A stretch of 47,947 nucleotides of DNA. Source: Octopus bimaculoides (lineage: Eukaryota). The stretch covers positions 58,387,678 through 58,435,624 of the forward strand of contig NC_068994.1 in NCBI RefSeq assembly GCF_001194135.2, given 5' to 3'. The notes beneath the pieces are model-generated. The model had not been told where the DNA came from. It was given only the letters and a program-made list of their open reading frames with translations, and searched no databases. Made by a program: the position numbers and the translations under genes. Below are positions 12,451-24,178 of the stretch, piece after piece. The stretch's first letter is position 1, and each line of letters starts with the position of its first letter.

Positions 12451-12644
12451 TTATTTTAATAGTAACTCTTGAAAAAGGATAATCAGTAGGATGCCTTTTA
12501 AAAATTGAGTTCCATGTGAGTGAGTTCAAATCTCAATAGTACAAAAACACAGATGATTTCAACTGGTTATTCCTTTCATACTTCCAAAGGTCAAGAAAAT
12601 GAACACACTCCACCGAAGATGAAGAAAAGAAGGAAAATACTTAC

Positions 12645-12733
12645 TTTGATAGTTTTGCCAAGTTGTGTTGGATATTTCTCTTCTTCTTGTTCCCTCACAG
12701 CTGCCTTACCACGGAATACATCAATTGTGGTCC
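12645..12733 (-). CDS. SMU1: SMU1 coding exon 6 (G-TTIDVFRGKAAVREQEEEKYPTQLGKTIK)
   Basis: 89 nt, tttcag/gtaagt; first GG completes Gly; homologous to [24 protein letters not shown]. Confidence 0.96.
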
Positions 12734-13139
12734 CTGAAAGTAAACAGATCTCAGATTGGTTTTCTTGCAGAATATTCCAGAGCTACATACTCACTGAGTA
12801 AGAACCAGACCAGGAGGAATGTTCCAGACAGTTGTGTCCTAAATTTAAAGGCAGACTGTGTGATGAGGCTTGCACTTTTAAATTACATGTAGAGTCTAGC
12901 TGAGAAGATTCCACACAGTCTCCATTTACGTCATTTCATTTATAAGATTTGGGTCAATCTCTGGCTAAAACAGAAGACTCTTACCTAGGTCCTGTTCAGT
13001 GAGATTGAACCCAGTACCTTGTGATTTTAGAACAAACTTCTTAACTGTGTCCAGAAAATATAGAAACAATGGGTGACCTTCAAAACAGTTCAAAAATAGG
13101 TTGCAGTAGATTTGGAAATAAGAAAAGGCTAATATGTGA

Positions 13140-13420
13140 GGCACAGGTTTGGCTGAGTGGTAAGAAGCTTGCTTTCCAACCACATGGCTCTGGGTTCAGT
13201 TCCACTGCGTGGCACCTTGGGCAAGTGTCTTCTATAGCCTTGGGCTGACCAAATCCTTGTGAGTGGATATGGTAGACAAAAACTGAAAGAAGCCTGTCCT
13301 CTGTGTATGTGTGTGTGTGTTTGTCCCTCACCATTGCTTGACAACCGGTGTTGGTGCGTTTACATCCCCTTAACTTCGCAGTTCAGCAAAAGAAAACCCA
13401 ATAAAATAAATACCAGGCTT
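13140..13420 (+). mobile_element. SINE family B copy, 3'-truncated (SMU1 intron 5)
   Basis: Head, core and tgcttgacaaccg body collinear with 45708. Confidence 0.85.
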
Positions 13421-13574
13421 AAAAAAAGGGAAAGATGAAAAAAAAAAGACATTATTGTGTGATGAGATGAAGGTGCGAGTATTTCAGGAGTGGGGAGGGG
13501 GTAGACGCATTTCCTGAAGATGGAAAACAAAAATGGTCAACTGACTCAATATTGGACAATCAGTGAAAAAGTGG

Positions 13575-14010
13575 AGGTGTGGTTAGGAAGGTTGTTTTCC
13601 AACCACTTGGTTCCAGGTTCAGTCCCACTGTGTAGCACCTTGGCCAAGTGACTGTTACTATAGCCCTGTGCCGACAGGATTTGGGAGACGGAAACTGAAA
13701 GAAGCCTGTCTTATATATACATATGTAGATAAGTGTGTATGTGTGTGTGTTTGTGAATTAGTGTCTCTTTTCCTTGGCATCGTGCGATAGCTGTTGGCAA
13801 GCATCACAGTCATGCAAGCAGCATCCTTCAATTCCTATCTTCTGAGACATGTCTGGTCAGTGGGTGGAATACTACCTCACTTGTCACTGGGAAACAGGTG
13901 AGGGTTGGCAACAGGAAGAGCATTCAGCCAAAGAAAATCTGCCTTAACACATTTCCATCCGACCCATGCCAGCATGGAAAAGTGGATGTTAAACAATGAT
14001 GATGATGATC
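13575..14010 (+). mobile_element. SINE with family B head and family C-type 3' end/(GAT)n tail
   Basis: gggttc-like head/core, (TG)n, ggttggcaacaggaagagcattcagcc, ccatgccagcatggaaaagtggatgttaaacaatgatgatgat. Confidence 0.7.
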
Positions 14011-14864
14011 CTTAATATAAACCATCACAATCAAGACATTCCTCTAACATAACGAGACTAATTTAATTACATTTCTATTTAACATCCTTTGCCACCAGTT
14101 CTTAAGAGAAGATCAGACTCTGTGTATATATACAGGTGAGTGTGTGTAGCATTTGCATCTGTTACGACTGTAACATGACTCTCCTAATCCTCATGTGTAT
14201 TAGGGAAAGATCACTCAGTTACAAAAGATAAGAGATTGGTTATCTGTTTAAAAAAACAAGGATCAGCGAAGGATGTCATTCATAAACGCATTGAAAAAGA
14301 AGAAAATACAACAGCTGAATATACTGGTTGTTTGGAAATTAAATATTATATATGTTTTGATGTTATCATACACAATGTTTCCTCAATAAAATACAATCTT
14401 TACAAATCAACAATAATCAAAATATGACATCAACAATATCAACAAAATACAAACAGATGTTATCCTAAAAGAAATATCAATTTCCTTTGACCTAAAATCA
14501 ATTTTGAAAGATGAAAAGTGCATCAGGTGTAACATCTGATGGACTTTCGAGCAGATGTTTTGATGTCTGCAGTGTAAACAATGTTGAGTAACAATATTCG
14601 TCAATAGTGAAAGTAAATAGTTGGAGAAAAAGAATGGAATGAAAACTTTTAAAATATTTCTCTTCCAAAATTTTTTTAGAAGCCAGATTCAATCAGTCGT
14701 GACTCAAACCCATTCACTATTTACTTGTGTTCTTATATACCAACAACGGTGGAGAGAAATTGTGTGCAAAATAGACACAAACACACAAAAATGGACAATT
14801 TGAACGGAATTACAGCATTTTTACCATAAATATATATCAATGGGCATTTTGCTTTTATATTATT

Positions 14865-15040
14865 GGCTTCAAATTTTAGCACAAGGCCAGCAATTTCAGG
14901 GGAGTGGGTAAGTCGATTACATTAACCCCCCAGTACTCATTGGTCCCAAAAGGATGAAAGACAAATTCAACCTCAGAAGAATTTGAACTCAAAACGTGAA
15001 GACAGACGAAAAGCCGCAAAGCATTTTGCTCAGCATACTT
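14865..15040 (-). mobile_element. SINE family A copy (SMU1 intron 5)
   Basis: gtcgattacatt...aaaggatgaaagacaaattcaacctcagaagaatttgaactc. Confidence 0.75.
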
Positions 15041-15138
15041 GACTAATAATTCATTTGATATGATGATATTTAAAGAAAATTTAAATTATATATTTTATAT
15101 TTCACCTGTATGTACCTGTAATTGTGTGACATACCTAT

Positions 15139-15451
15139 TGTTAACTGTGGAATACACCCACAGGTAACTGAGCATGACACCCACAAGTAACTGTGGAACC
15201 AATGATTAGAAACTATTGGAGCAAGTCACAACACCCCACTGCGAGAATAGACTGACCAAACGACTATAAATAGTAGCGGTCTGAGTGAGATAGAGACAGG
15301 GTAGGCATTAATCGCAGGAAGTTGTAAGGTGCCGTTTTGGGAGTTTGTCAGAATATCGTTTGTTGGTTCGTGGAGAGTCTGTTGGATTGTTATGTGAGTG
15401 CTACCCTGCTTCGTTATGTTTTATTGTTACTACACGGTTACAGCGTTAACA
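15139..15451 (+). mobile_element. Possible solo LTR (SMU1 intron 5)
   Basis: Begins TGTTAAC, ends GTTAACA, internal TATAAATA at 15265-15272; TSD not matched (cctat/agtat). Confidence 0.35.
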
Positions 15452-15520
15452 AGTATCATCATAATAATTTGTAATACAACAGAAACAGACAGAGGAGTAA
15501 AAGAAAAACCAATAAACTTA

Positions 15521-15943
<423 letters not shown>

Positions 15944-16631
15944 CTAGAAAAAATAAGAAAAAAATTTCAATAATTGAGAATAATAATAATAATAATAATT
16001 ATAATTATTATAATAATAGTAATAATAGACAGGTTAGCATGAGGGGTTAAGCAGTTGTGGTCGATGAAAATGGTGGTTAGTAGTACCAATAATTGTCGGA
16101 GCCCTGGGAACAGTGAGTCAAAATCTTGAGAAGTACATGGAACAAACAGGGGCTGCAATAGAAATAGGAAACTGTGTGGAAGCCCAATGTGTGTGTTTCA
16201 CATTATTTTACCATGCAATATGACCTTTTGTCATCTACCACATACAGCGCCAAAAGAAAACCCTCTAACTTTACTATTATCATTTCACATCTACTTTCCA
16301 TGCTGGCATGGGCTGGACGGTTTGAGAAGACCTGATGGATCAGAGGACCATGTCATGCTCAAACGTCTCAGTTTTGGCAGGGTGTCTATGGCTGGATGCT
16401 CTTCCTAACACCAACCACTTCACAGAGTGAACTGGGTCATTTTCTTCATGGCACCAGCATTGGTGGAGGTCATTTTGTAATTCATAAAACTAAAGAAACG
16501 CCATAAGAATTGGAGAATGTTGCAACTTAAGGTGTTCAGAGAAGTAAGATTGGTGGGGGGAGAAGAAGAGACTTCCTGTGGTGAGTGACAGTGGTTAGGG
16601 GATTGCAGTTACAAGAAGGTCCTTGTCTTAC

Positions 16632-16775
16632 CTGTTCATAGAGTTCAATAAGTTTCTGGTCAGGTAACTTGAGGGACTGAATGGCCTGAAGGACAGTGTC
16701 CCAGTGACCACTGTTTATGTCACCAACAAAACTGTCCACTGAATCTACAGTGTTTAAAGAAATACCACTCTCTTC
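16632..16775 (-). CDS. SMU1: SMU1 coding exon 3 ([12 protein letters not shown]...LIELYEQ)
   Basis: 48 codons, aacag/gtaaga boundaries, near-identical to the SMU1 CTLH region. Confidence 0.97.
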
Positions 16776-17504
16776 CTGTTGAAACAAAAGAAATAACAAT
16801 GATTTGTAACATTGACAGACAACAATTTAGGAGGAGCAGAATGGTCGATTACATGAAACAAAGGATTCAACTGGTATTTATTTAATCAACCTCACAACAG
16901 AGAAAACTAAGTTGGCTTTGGTGGAATTTACACTCAGAAAATAAACAAATATTACTAGAAACTGCAATGATGAAAGTTGCAAACCAAACTGATTTACTCT
17001 GCTTTTTAACTGTTTACACTCACTATTTACCCACACTGACCCTCCTTGGTTACCTCAGATCTTACTATTTACTATCTCATGGCAAATGGACATTAAAAGA
17101 TGATAATGATGATGATGTACTTCATCTTTTATCTACATTGATAAACACTAGCAACCTCAAATTATGCTGTTTACTACATAGATACTCTACTATTCACCTA
17201 CATTAACGGGTTACCTCAGATCATACAGTTTACTCTATAAATACTCCACCATTTCCTCACATTGACAATCAGATTTCACTGTTTGCTACAAATACTGCCA
17301 GCAAGCCACTATTTCCCCTACTTTTACTAATAAAGGCACAGATTTAGTGGGATGAGTACAGCCAAGTATCTTTTAGTACAACTGGACAATGCAGTTCAGT
17401 TATGGTAGTTAGTAGCTGGTGCCTATTTACAGTTAGGTAGACTAAGCTATTTTTAAGTTAACTCTCCATTAGTTACAGACACAGTAAGAGATAGCATAGC
17501 AATC

Positions 17505-17900
17505 CAGTGTTTCTCAAAGTGGGTAACACAGAAAAATTTAGGGATTCCACAAAATGAAGGGTCTTTTAATAAAATTTAATAAAAATATACTTTTTTATAA
17601 AAGAAAAACCTTTTTACACTTCCAAGGTAATGTTGCTAAGTTTTGGTTTTAATACGACTAAATTCTTTCTTTAAAATCATCATCATTTCATTTAATTGTC
17701 ACCATTTGTTTTCTCTGCTGGCACCGGTTGGACGGCTTGGCAGGAGCTGGCCACCCGGAGAGCTGCACCAGGCTCCAATTGTCTATTTCGGCATGGCCTC
17801 TATGGCTGGATGCCCTTCCAACACCAATCGATGTTATTAAAATTAAGATGGCAGTGGCTGTCTGTAAAATATGGTTATAGGTTCCACAATAAGTTTTGAT
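17505..17900. mobile_element. hAT-Charlie-type MITE remnant interrupted by a family C repeat (SMU1 intron 2)
   Basis: Starts CAGTGTTTCTCAAA; internal motifs resemble 38655-38908; right TIR not found. Confidence 0.45.
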
Positions 17901-18151
17901 TTTCATTGATACTTGGTCATTTGTGAGTTAACTCTCTGATTGGAGAGAGAAACAGAGAGAGACATCTGTAAATTAACCCTCTAACCCTAACCTGGTGATT
18001 TGTTCAGTCTATTCTAAATATCACCAAATATTTAAGGCCATCCACACTAATATTAATGAAGAGCTCACTAGTAAAAGGGCAACCAGTTCTACAACTACCA
18101 AAATCTGGTGTTTATTCTAGTCATGTAGAAAGGTGCAAATAGGTAACTTAC

Positions 18152-18218
18152 CTGTAATACTGTTAATGTCCTCAACAGATTGTTCTCCTTCAGATACTGT
18201 TCAATAAGTCTCACAACA
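18152..18218 (-). CDS. SMU1: SMU1 coding exon 2 (D-VVRLIEQYLKENNLLRTLTVLQ; LisH region)
   Basis: ttcag acceptor, gtaagt donor; first T completes the GAT codon from exon 1; homologous to [22 protein letters not shown]. Confidence 0.95.
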
Positions 18219-19230
18219 CTGAAATCATTAAAAAAAAAAAAAATCATTATCATCATCATCAATACAATTCTCATAACAATACCAAGATTACATCACCACC
18301 ATCACCATCCCTACCTCTACAGAAGTTTTAAAATACAGTTCCAGCACATCCGACCTATCACCATTCTCCATGTGCCACAATCCTAATATCAAACACTGTG
18401 AAACAGCTATAATTAAAACCAGTTCACCTCACACCCTGAGCGACCAGCTCTCACCTTCATAAGAGATTGTACCATTCGTCAGGTACATATAGTTTACTCT
18501 GGTAGATTTGTCTTTTTTTTTTTTTTTTTTTTTTGATGTACTTATTAAAATTTCTAGCGAAATGGGCCCGACATAACGAATTGTTGGAAAGGGTGAATGG
18601 AAACAATTCTTCAATATAGACCCCAATAATCTGACTGTAATTTTATATTATCGAACCCCTGAATGATAAAAGACTAATTTGACCACAGTAAGATTAGAAC
18701 CCGGGATGTAAAGAAGAGCACACAGTATTTGTTTCGTGATGGAACAGATTGTTCATTGCCTCCCCTCCTGTTTGTTTATTATTCTGTGCGATGTACAAAT
18801 TGTTTTTGTGGCCTCGAGTAACGACGATCCTCGGATGGGCTTGTGATGTACTGTTCGTGTTTGGTTAATTGACTTTTCTATCACTCTCCCCCTTGTGCCA
18901 GTATAAAGAATTATCGCCATTAACTTATGTTGTTGTTCTGATTGTTGACAGCCAACGAAGGAGGGGACTTCGTCACAATAATGCTACAAACAACAAATTC
19001 CTCCCCTAAACACATCTTTAAAAATAAACAGGAAGGACACATTGAATAATGCAGCCTTGGGTTCATTCGTTATTATGTGCCTGTGTACTAAAAGTCGATC
19101 GCAGTATATTACTGGTACTTATTGACCCTGGAGGAACGTAGAATGCATCCAGTCGGAAACGAAATAATAAACAACAATAGTAATCAGAGACAAGGAAATA
19201 AGGATGAGAATCGAGGAAGGTGTGAGGTGA

Positions 19231-19337
19231 GGGAGGGAATGGTGAGGGTTGGGTCAGGAGAGGGAGGAAAGGTGAGGGTTGGGTCAGGAGAGGGAGGAAA
19301 GGTGAGGGTTGGGGCAGGAGAGGGAGGAAAGGTGAGG
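19231..19337 (+). repeat. G-rich 30-bp minisatellite, about 3.5 copies (SMU1 intron 1)
   Basis: Unit GGTGAGGGTTGGGTCAGGAGAGGGAGGAAA at 19241, 19271 and 19301. Confidence 0.9.
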
Positions 19338-19555
19338 AGGGTGGAAGGTTTATTTCGAAAGAGGAAAAAACATGACGTGACTGTTAAATTGAAGTTATTA
19401 AATGAAAATGAACATTCTCAATAGGAAACAGTGCGTTGGTTGGTAAAATAGTCGGTAGATAAGGGTAAAGAGAAGAAGAGCGACGTAAAAGAAGTAAAAC
19501 ATTAGAAGACAATGAAAGAAAAGATAAAAGAGAATGTTTAAAGAGGTGGACTTAC

Positions 19556-19581
19556 TCGGCTGACTCGATTTCTACCGCCAT
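19556..19581 (-). CDS. SMU1: SMU1 coding exon 1 (MAVEIESA+GA, 26 nt)
   Basis: Reverse complement reads ATG GCG GTA GAA ATC GAG TCA GCC GA|gtaagt; matches the SMU1 N-terminus (human MSIEIESSD, recalled); canonical donor. Confidence 0.93.
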
Positions 19582-19700
19582 CTTGAGATGTGAAGAAATA
19601 AAAAACAGGAATGGTTACCGGGAAAACGTGGACTGGCGAAACGAAATAGCTCTCTTTCTCGCTGTTTCTTTGTCCCTTCTGTGTATTTTATATATACTGA
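19582..19700 (-). promoter_or_regulatory. Putative SMU1 promoter/5' UTR with TATA-like TATATAAAA (19686-19694)
   Basis: Unique, relatively CpG-containing sequence directly upstream of the ATG; TATA-like element about 105 nt upstream. Confidence 0.35.
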
Positions 19701-19994
19701 GGACCTTTTTGATAATGAAATCAAAACAATCCGAGAAAATACAAAAATAGACTTGGATATCCGGAATAAGAGAATATATCATTATAATGAATTTCTCTTT
19801 AATAGAAGAACAACGAAATTTTTTTTTAGTTATAAGTCAAGTATCGTTAAAAACGAAAAAACTTCTTATAAAAAAATTGATTTTTATAAAGTAATTACAA
19901 ACACAAAAGTTGTTTCAATGTTTCTTTAGTAAAGATCGCCGAAGACACTTTTTACGGAAAAAGTCCGATATTTCGTACTGGTATCGAAAGATCG

Positions 19995-20130
19995 CCGAAA
20001 CTTCCAAGTTCCACCAAGGTCGACTTTGTCTTTCATCGTTTCCGGAGTCGATAAAATAAGTACCAGTTGAGCACTGGGGTTGATTCAATTGACTAACCCC
20101 ATCCCTCGAAATTGCCAGAATTCTGAAACT
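19995..20130 (+). mobile_element. SINE family A 3' half
   Basis: caaggtcgactttgtctttcatc...aagtaccagttgagcactgggg. Confidence 0.75.
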
Positions 20131-20139
20131 AATATGTAA

Positions 20140-20267
20140 GAAGCTTGCTTGCCAACCACTTGGTTCCGGGTTCAGTCCCTCTGCGTGACGCAAATGTCTT
20201 CTACTATAGCCTCGGGCTGACTAAAGTTTTGCGAGTGGATTTGGTGGACGGAAACTGAAAGAAGCTC

Positions 20268-20321
<54 letters not shown>

Positions 20322-20517
20322 ACCGCTTAACAACCGATGTTGATGTATTTACGTCCCCGTAACTTAGTGGTTCGGCAAAACAGATCTTTACAATAAGTAT
20401 TCGGCTTAAAAAGAAATAAGTCCTCTGGCCGATTCATTCAATTAAAAATTCTTCAAGGTGGTGCCCCAGCATGGTCGCAGTCTAATGACTGAAACAGGTA
20501 AAAGATAAAGGATAAAG
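20140..20517 (+). mobile_element. SINE family B copy
   Basis: Collinear with 45708-46098. Confidence 0.85.
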
Positions 20518-20614
20518 ACGTATGTGTGAATAAATACGTGTGTGTGTATGTATGTATGTATGTGTGTGTATGTATGGATGTATGTATGCATGTATGTATG
20601 TATGTGTGTGTGTG

Positions 20615-20696
<82 letters not shown>

Positions 20697-20700
<4 letters not shown>

Positions 20701-21152
20701 GGGTGCGATGAGTAAATTGTCGCCATTTTATATTTTCAATTTCGTGCAAGCGCATTGTTTTGTTTTTGATTTTGTCGAATATACAGTATAGTGGGGTCAG
20801 TTGGGCACCGTCTGTGAGAAAAACAGCAGTATAACGCAATTCACTCTGCTAAAAACTTGGAAACGACATGCTGTACTGCTTGGAATTCGCGCCGGAAGCT
20901 CCAATACGAACATTTCAGAGTGTTTGGGTGTCAGTCTGAGGACATGGACCGAAAGGGATAAAAATCAAACATCCTGCCAACATCATGGTGTCTGGAGTGA
21001 TCATTATTTATGTTGACGTTATGCCTCCATTCATCTTCCCACATGATCTCGGGCTCAACACAGAGGCCTACATCAAGTGCCTGGTGGAAGTAGTGCTGCC
21101 CTGGGTCAAGAGGGTGGCTGCTGGAAGAGCCTATATCTGGCAACAGAACTCC
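20697..21152 (+). mobile_element. Internally deleted, 3'-truncated DD37D transposon, same family as 35785-36612
   Basis: Shared 5' sequence (gtaaattgtcgccattttata...cagtatagtggggtcag); TWKRHAVLLGIRAGSSN joined to KHPANIMV..MPPFIFPH..LPWVKRVAAGRAYIWQQ. Confidence 0.88.
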
Positions 21153-22518
21153 ACTGGGTTCTCCACTGGTATTGCTGGTCTTGTACCAAAATTTGAAACC
21201 AACATTTCCCATATCTCTTCGATGCTTGTTTACATCTTTTCATAACTGAAATCTTTGATGTCGATATTTTAGAAGCGATTAATTAAATCCTCATTAAATA
21301 TTAAAATTGGCTTTGTATTGGTTGGGTAGGAATGTGGGGTTCTGGTAGTGAGTGGTGCAGTGGTGCGGTGGCGGCGGTGGGGTGGAAGCACAGTGGCGGT
21401 GGGGTAGGGGTGTGGTGATGGTACTGGTAGCAATTGTAGTGTGGTGGGATGTAGTGGTTGTGGTGGTAGTATTGTGGCATGTGGCAGAGTAGCAGAAGTA
21501 GTAGAGGTATGGTGTACAGTACTGAAATGGTGTGATATATGATACAGTGACGATAAGAGTATGGTATGTGGTACTATAGTAGTAGAAGTAGAAGCAGCAG
21601 CAGCATTGGACAAATAAATAAATTCCTCCTCTGTGGTGAAACCTAGGGTTTCAGTTACTTTTGGTTCCACCGAATTAAATGAAATATATTCATACTCTAC
21701 TCCCAGTATTGAGTAACCTTTCTTCTGTTCATTTATATTCATGTGTGCGTGTGTGCGTACATGCGGGCGTGTGTGTGTGTGTATGTGTGTGCAAACACGC
21801 GTATATACATGCAGATACACACGCGTACTTATATGTACGAATGAATATATATGTGTATCTATTTATGCACATATGTATGTATGCATGTATGTATGTATGT
21901 ATGTACGTATGTATGCATTGTAACTGCAATGTAGCCAAATGGTAAAGAAACTTCCCAATCATAAACCCCAGGGTTTAATTTCCTCATCGTGGGGGCCTCT
22001 TAGGCAAATGCCTTTTCCTATAGCCACATGTCGACCCACGACTTGTGGGTGAATCCGGGTGGGTGGCATTTGTATGGAGGCTTGTCGATGGACTGAACCC
22101 GTAATCCAAAGCTCCAACTTTGTCAAACTTGAGTCATATTGGTTCTACCTAAAAATTACATCAAAGGTTGACGTGTATCTGTGGAGTACTCAGCCACTTA
22201 CATGCTAATCAATTGAGCCTGGCAGTTCAGTTGATTGAATAAATGAGAAACTAAGGATCGGAAATTCTGACCAAAGTCCGTTTATAAATTATTTCTATTT
22301 GAATTAGCAGAATGGTTAGAGCGTCGGACAAAGTGCCTTGTCTTTGTTCCACATCTTTATGTTCCCAGGTTCAGATACTACCCAAGTCACCTTTATCTTT
22401 CATCTGTCCAGGGCTGATAAAATACACGATCAATCACGTAATGGTATCGATATGATCAACTAATTTCTCCCCACACAAAATTGCTGACCTTATGTCTTAA
22501 TTAGGCACCATTAATAAT

Positions 22519-22725
22519 GGCGAGCTGGCAGAATCGTTAGCACGCCGGACGAAATGTTTAGCGGCATTTCGTCCGTCTTTATGTTCTGAGTTCAATTTTC
22601 GCCGAGGTCGACTTTGCCTTTCATCTTTTCGGAGTCGATAAATTAAGTACCAGTTGAACACTGGGGTCGATATAAGCGATTTACCCCGCTCCCTCCGAAA
22701 CTGCTGGCGTTTGTCCAATGGTAGA
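22519..22725 (+). mobile_element. tRNA-derived SINE family A, near-complete copy
   Basis: Head GGCGAGCTGGCAGAATCGTTAG...GAGTTCAA (A/B box-like); body gaggtcgactttgcctttcatc...aagtaccagttgaacactggggtcgat; more than 10 copies in the window. Confidence 0.85.
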
Positions 22726-23634
22726 ACGTCCGTCATGCTTAAAGGTTTTTTTTTACTCAGTCTTTATGTTATTATCTATTGCTTTTTTGCTTCGAGATTC
22801 ATTTGTTCCAAACACAAACAAAAAATGAACTATCGTCGTCCCATGGTGGTAATTGTGTAACGAAAGCATCATCATTTCTATTCTTAAAGCTCCAACGTGA
22901 TTCGCTTTCAGCCTCTTTTATGAGGCGTTTTCTGCTGCAACATTTATTAATGTTGGTGTTGTTGCTGTTGTTATTTCATTCCAAATCAAACCTGACTCGG
23001 CTGCACTGCGGTCAAAGGTGTTCAGTGATATTGCATCTATTCTTTCAGGCATAGTATATCTTGGACTACATCACCCAATATGTCTAGCCTTGTTAAAGAC
23101 AGCAGGCGATGTGGTGGTGGTGGTATTATTGTTCGGGGCAGCGGTGGTGGTGGTGGTGGTGCTACTGTTGTTTTTTATGTTTAGCATCATGGCAGCCATG
23201 ATTAAGTATTCTTATGGCCAAAGATATTCCAGTCGTGCCCATCCAGCTCTTTCCTATGCCCAGGGGATTTAGAATTACTTTATCTAATGCTTTTTTTTTT
23301 TTTTTTTTTTTCGTAAGATAGCAGGATGTGATTTTAGAGAAATTTGGTTGCTATTTCTTACCGGTCAAGCATCCCTAAAATACAAAAGAAAGAGAAAAGG
23401 GGAGGGATACAAGGTTGTATTGTGTGTGTGTGTTTATGAGAATGTGAGACGTGTGGGTTTAGCAAGAGGAGGTGAGTGACACAAAAGTAGGAAATTGTGC
23501 AAGAAGAATGGCGGTGGGGGAGAGGAGGAGGGGAGGGAGTCCGGCATGAAGGGTCAGAGGAAGGGGAGGAGGGGAGAGAAGAAGGAGATAAGAGAAGTAA
23601 GGGTCTCTAAGAACAACCTTTCCTTCTTACCTTT

Positions 23635-23810
23635 CCAGACTCACCACCATCACCATAATCACCACCATCACCATCATGACCACCACCACCACCACCACTA
23701 CCACTGTCATCCCTCTCACATACCACCACTACCCTCATCTCCACAATCACCACCACCACAGCCACCAGCAACCCCATCGCCAACGCCGCCAAAATCATTC
23801 CCGTCAGCCC
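23635..23810. repeat. Degenerate (CAC/CAT)n triplet repeat
   Basis: Direct reading; similar triplet tracts at 21340-21610, 33700-33800, 34000-34183, 36990-37215 and 40480-40590. Confidence 0.9.
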
Positions 23811-24004
23811 TTAAACTCAAACAAGGAGGTGTGTGTGTGTATGAATTTATGTATGTATTTATGTGTTATGTGTTCGTACATACGTACGTACTAACACATA
23901 CATCCGTATGTATGTATGTATGTGTGTATGTATGTGTGTATGTATGTATGTGTGTATGTGCGTGTGTGTGCGTGTGTATGTATGTATGTGAATGTGTTGG
24001 ATTA

Positions 24005-24178
24005 ATGTCAGATAATCCTGGTGTGACAGGATTAAAACCTGAGAAGGCGCCATCTAGTGACAGTAATGGTAAGACGTTGTGTGAGTGTAGATTGGACGCT
24101 TGTACAGATGCCTGCTACATGTCGGTCTTAGACAAGTTCTTTCATGTCACCTTTACATTGGCCACCATATCGGCTCTG
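24005..24178 (+). CDS. Candidate small exon (MSDNPGVTG...KFFHVTFTLATISAL), product unknown
   Basis: Unique-sequence island between microsatellites, one open frame, ends in CTG|GTAAGT; alternative donor at 24069. Confidence 0.25.

Noticed and set aside
18420-18500. Possible snoRNA in SMU1 intron 1
   Set aside because: No C/D or H/ACA box arrangement found
23071-23073. In-frame TGA on the minus strand as possible selenocysteine
   Set aside because: No selenoprotein-like context and no SECIS identified; the surrounding frame is not established as coding
23495-23900. His/Pro-rich and Thr-rich ORFs
   Set aside because: Translations of degenerate (CAC)n triplet repeats
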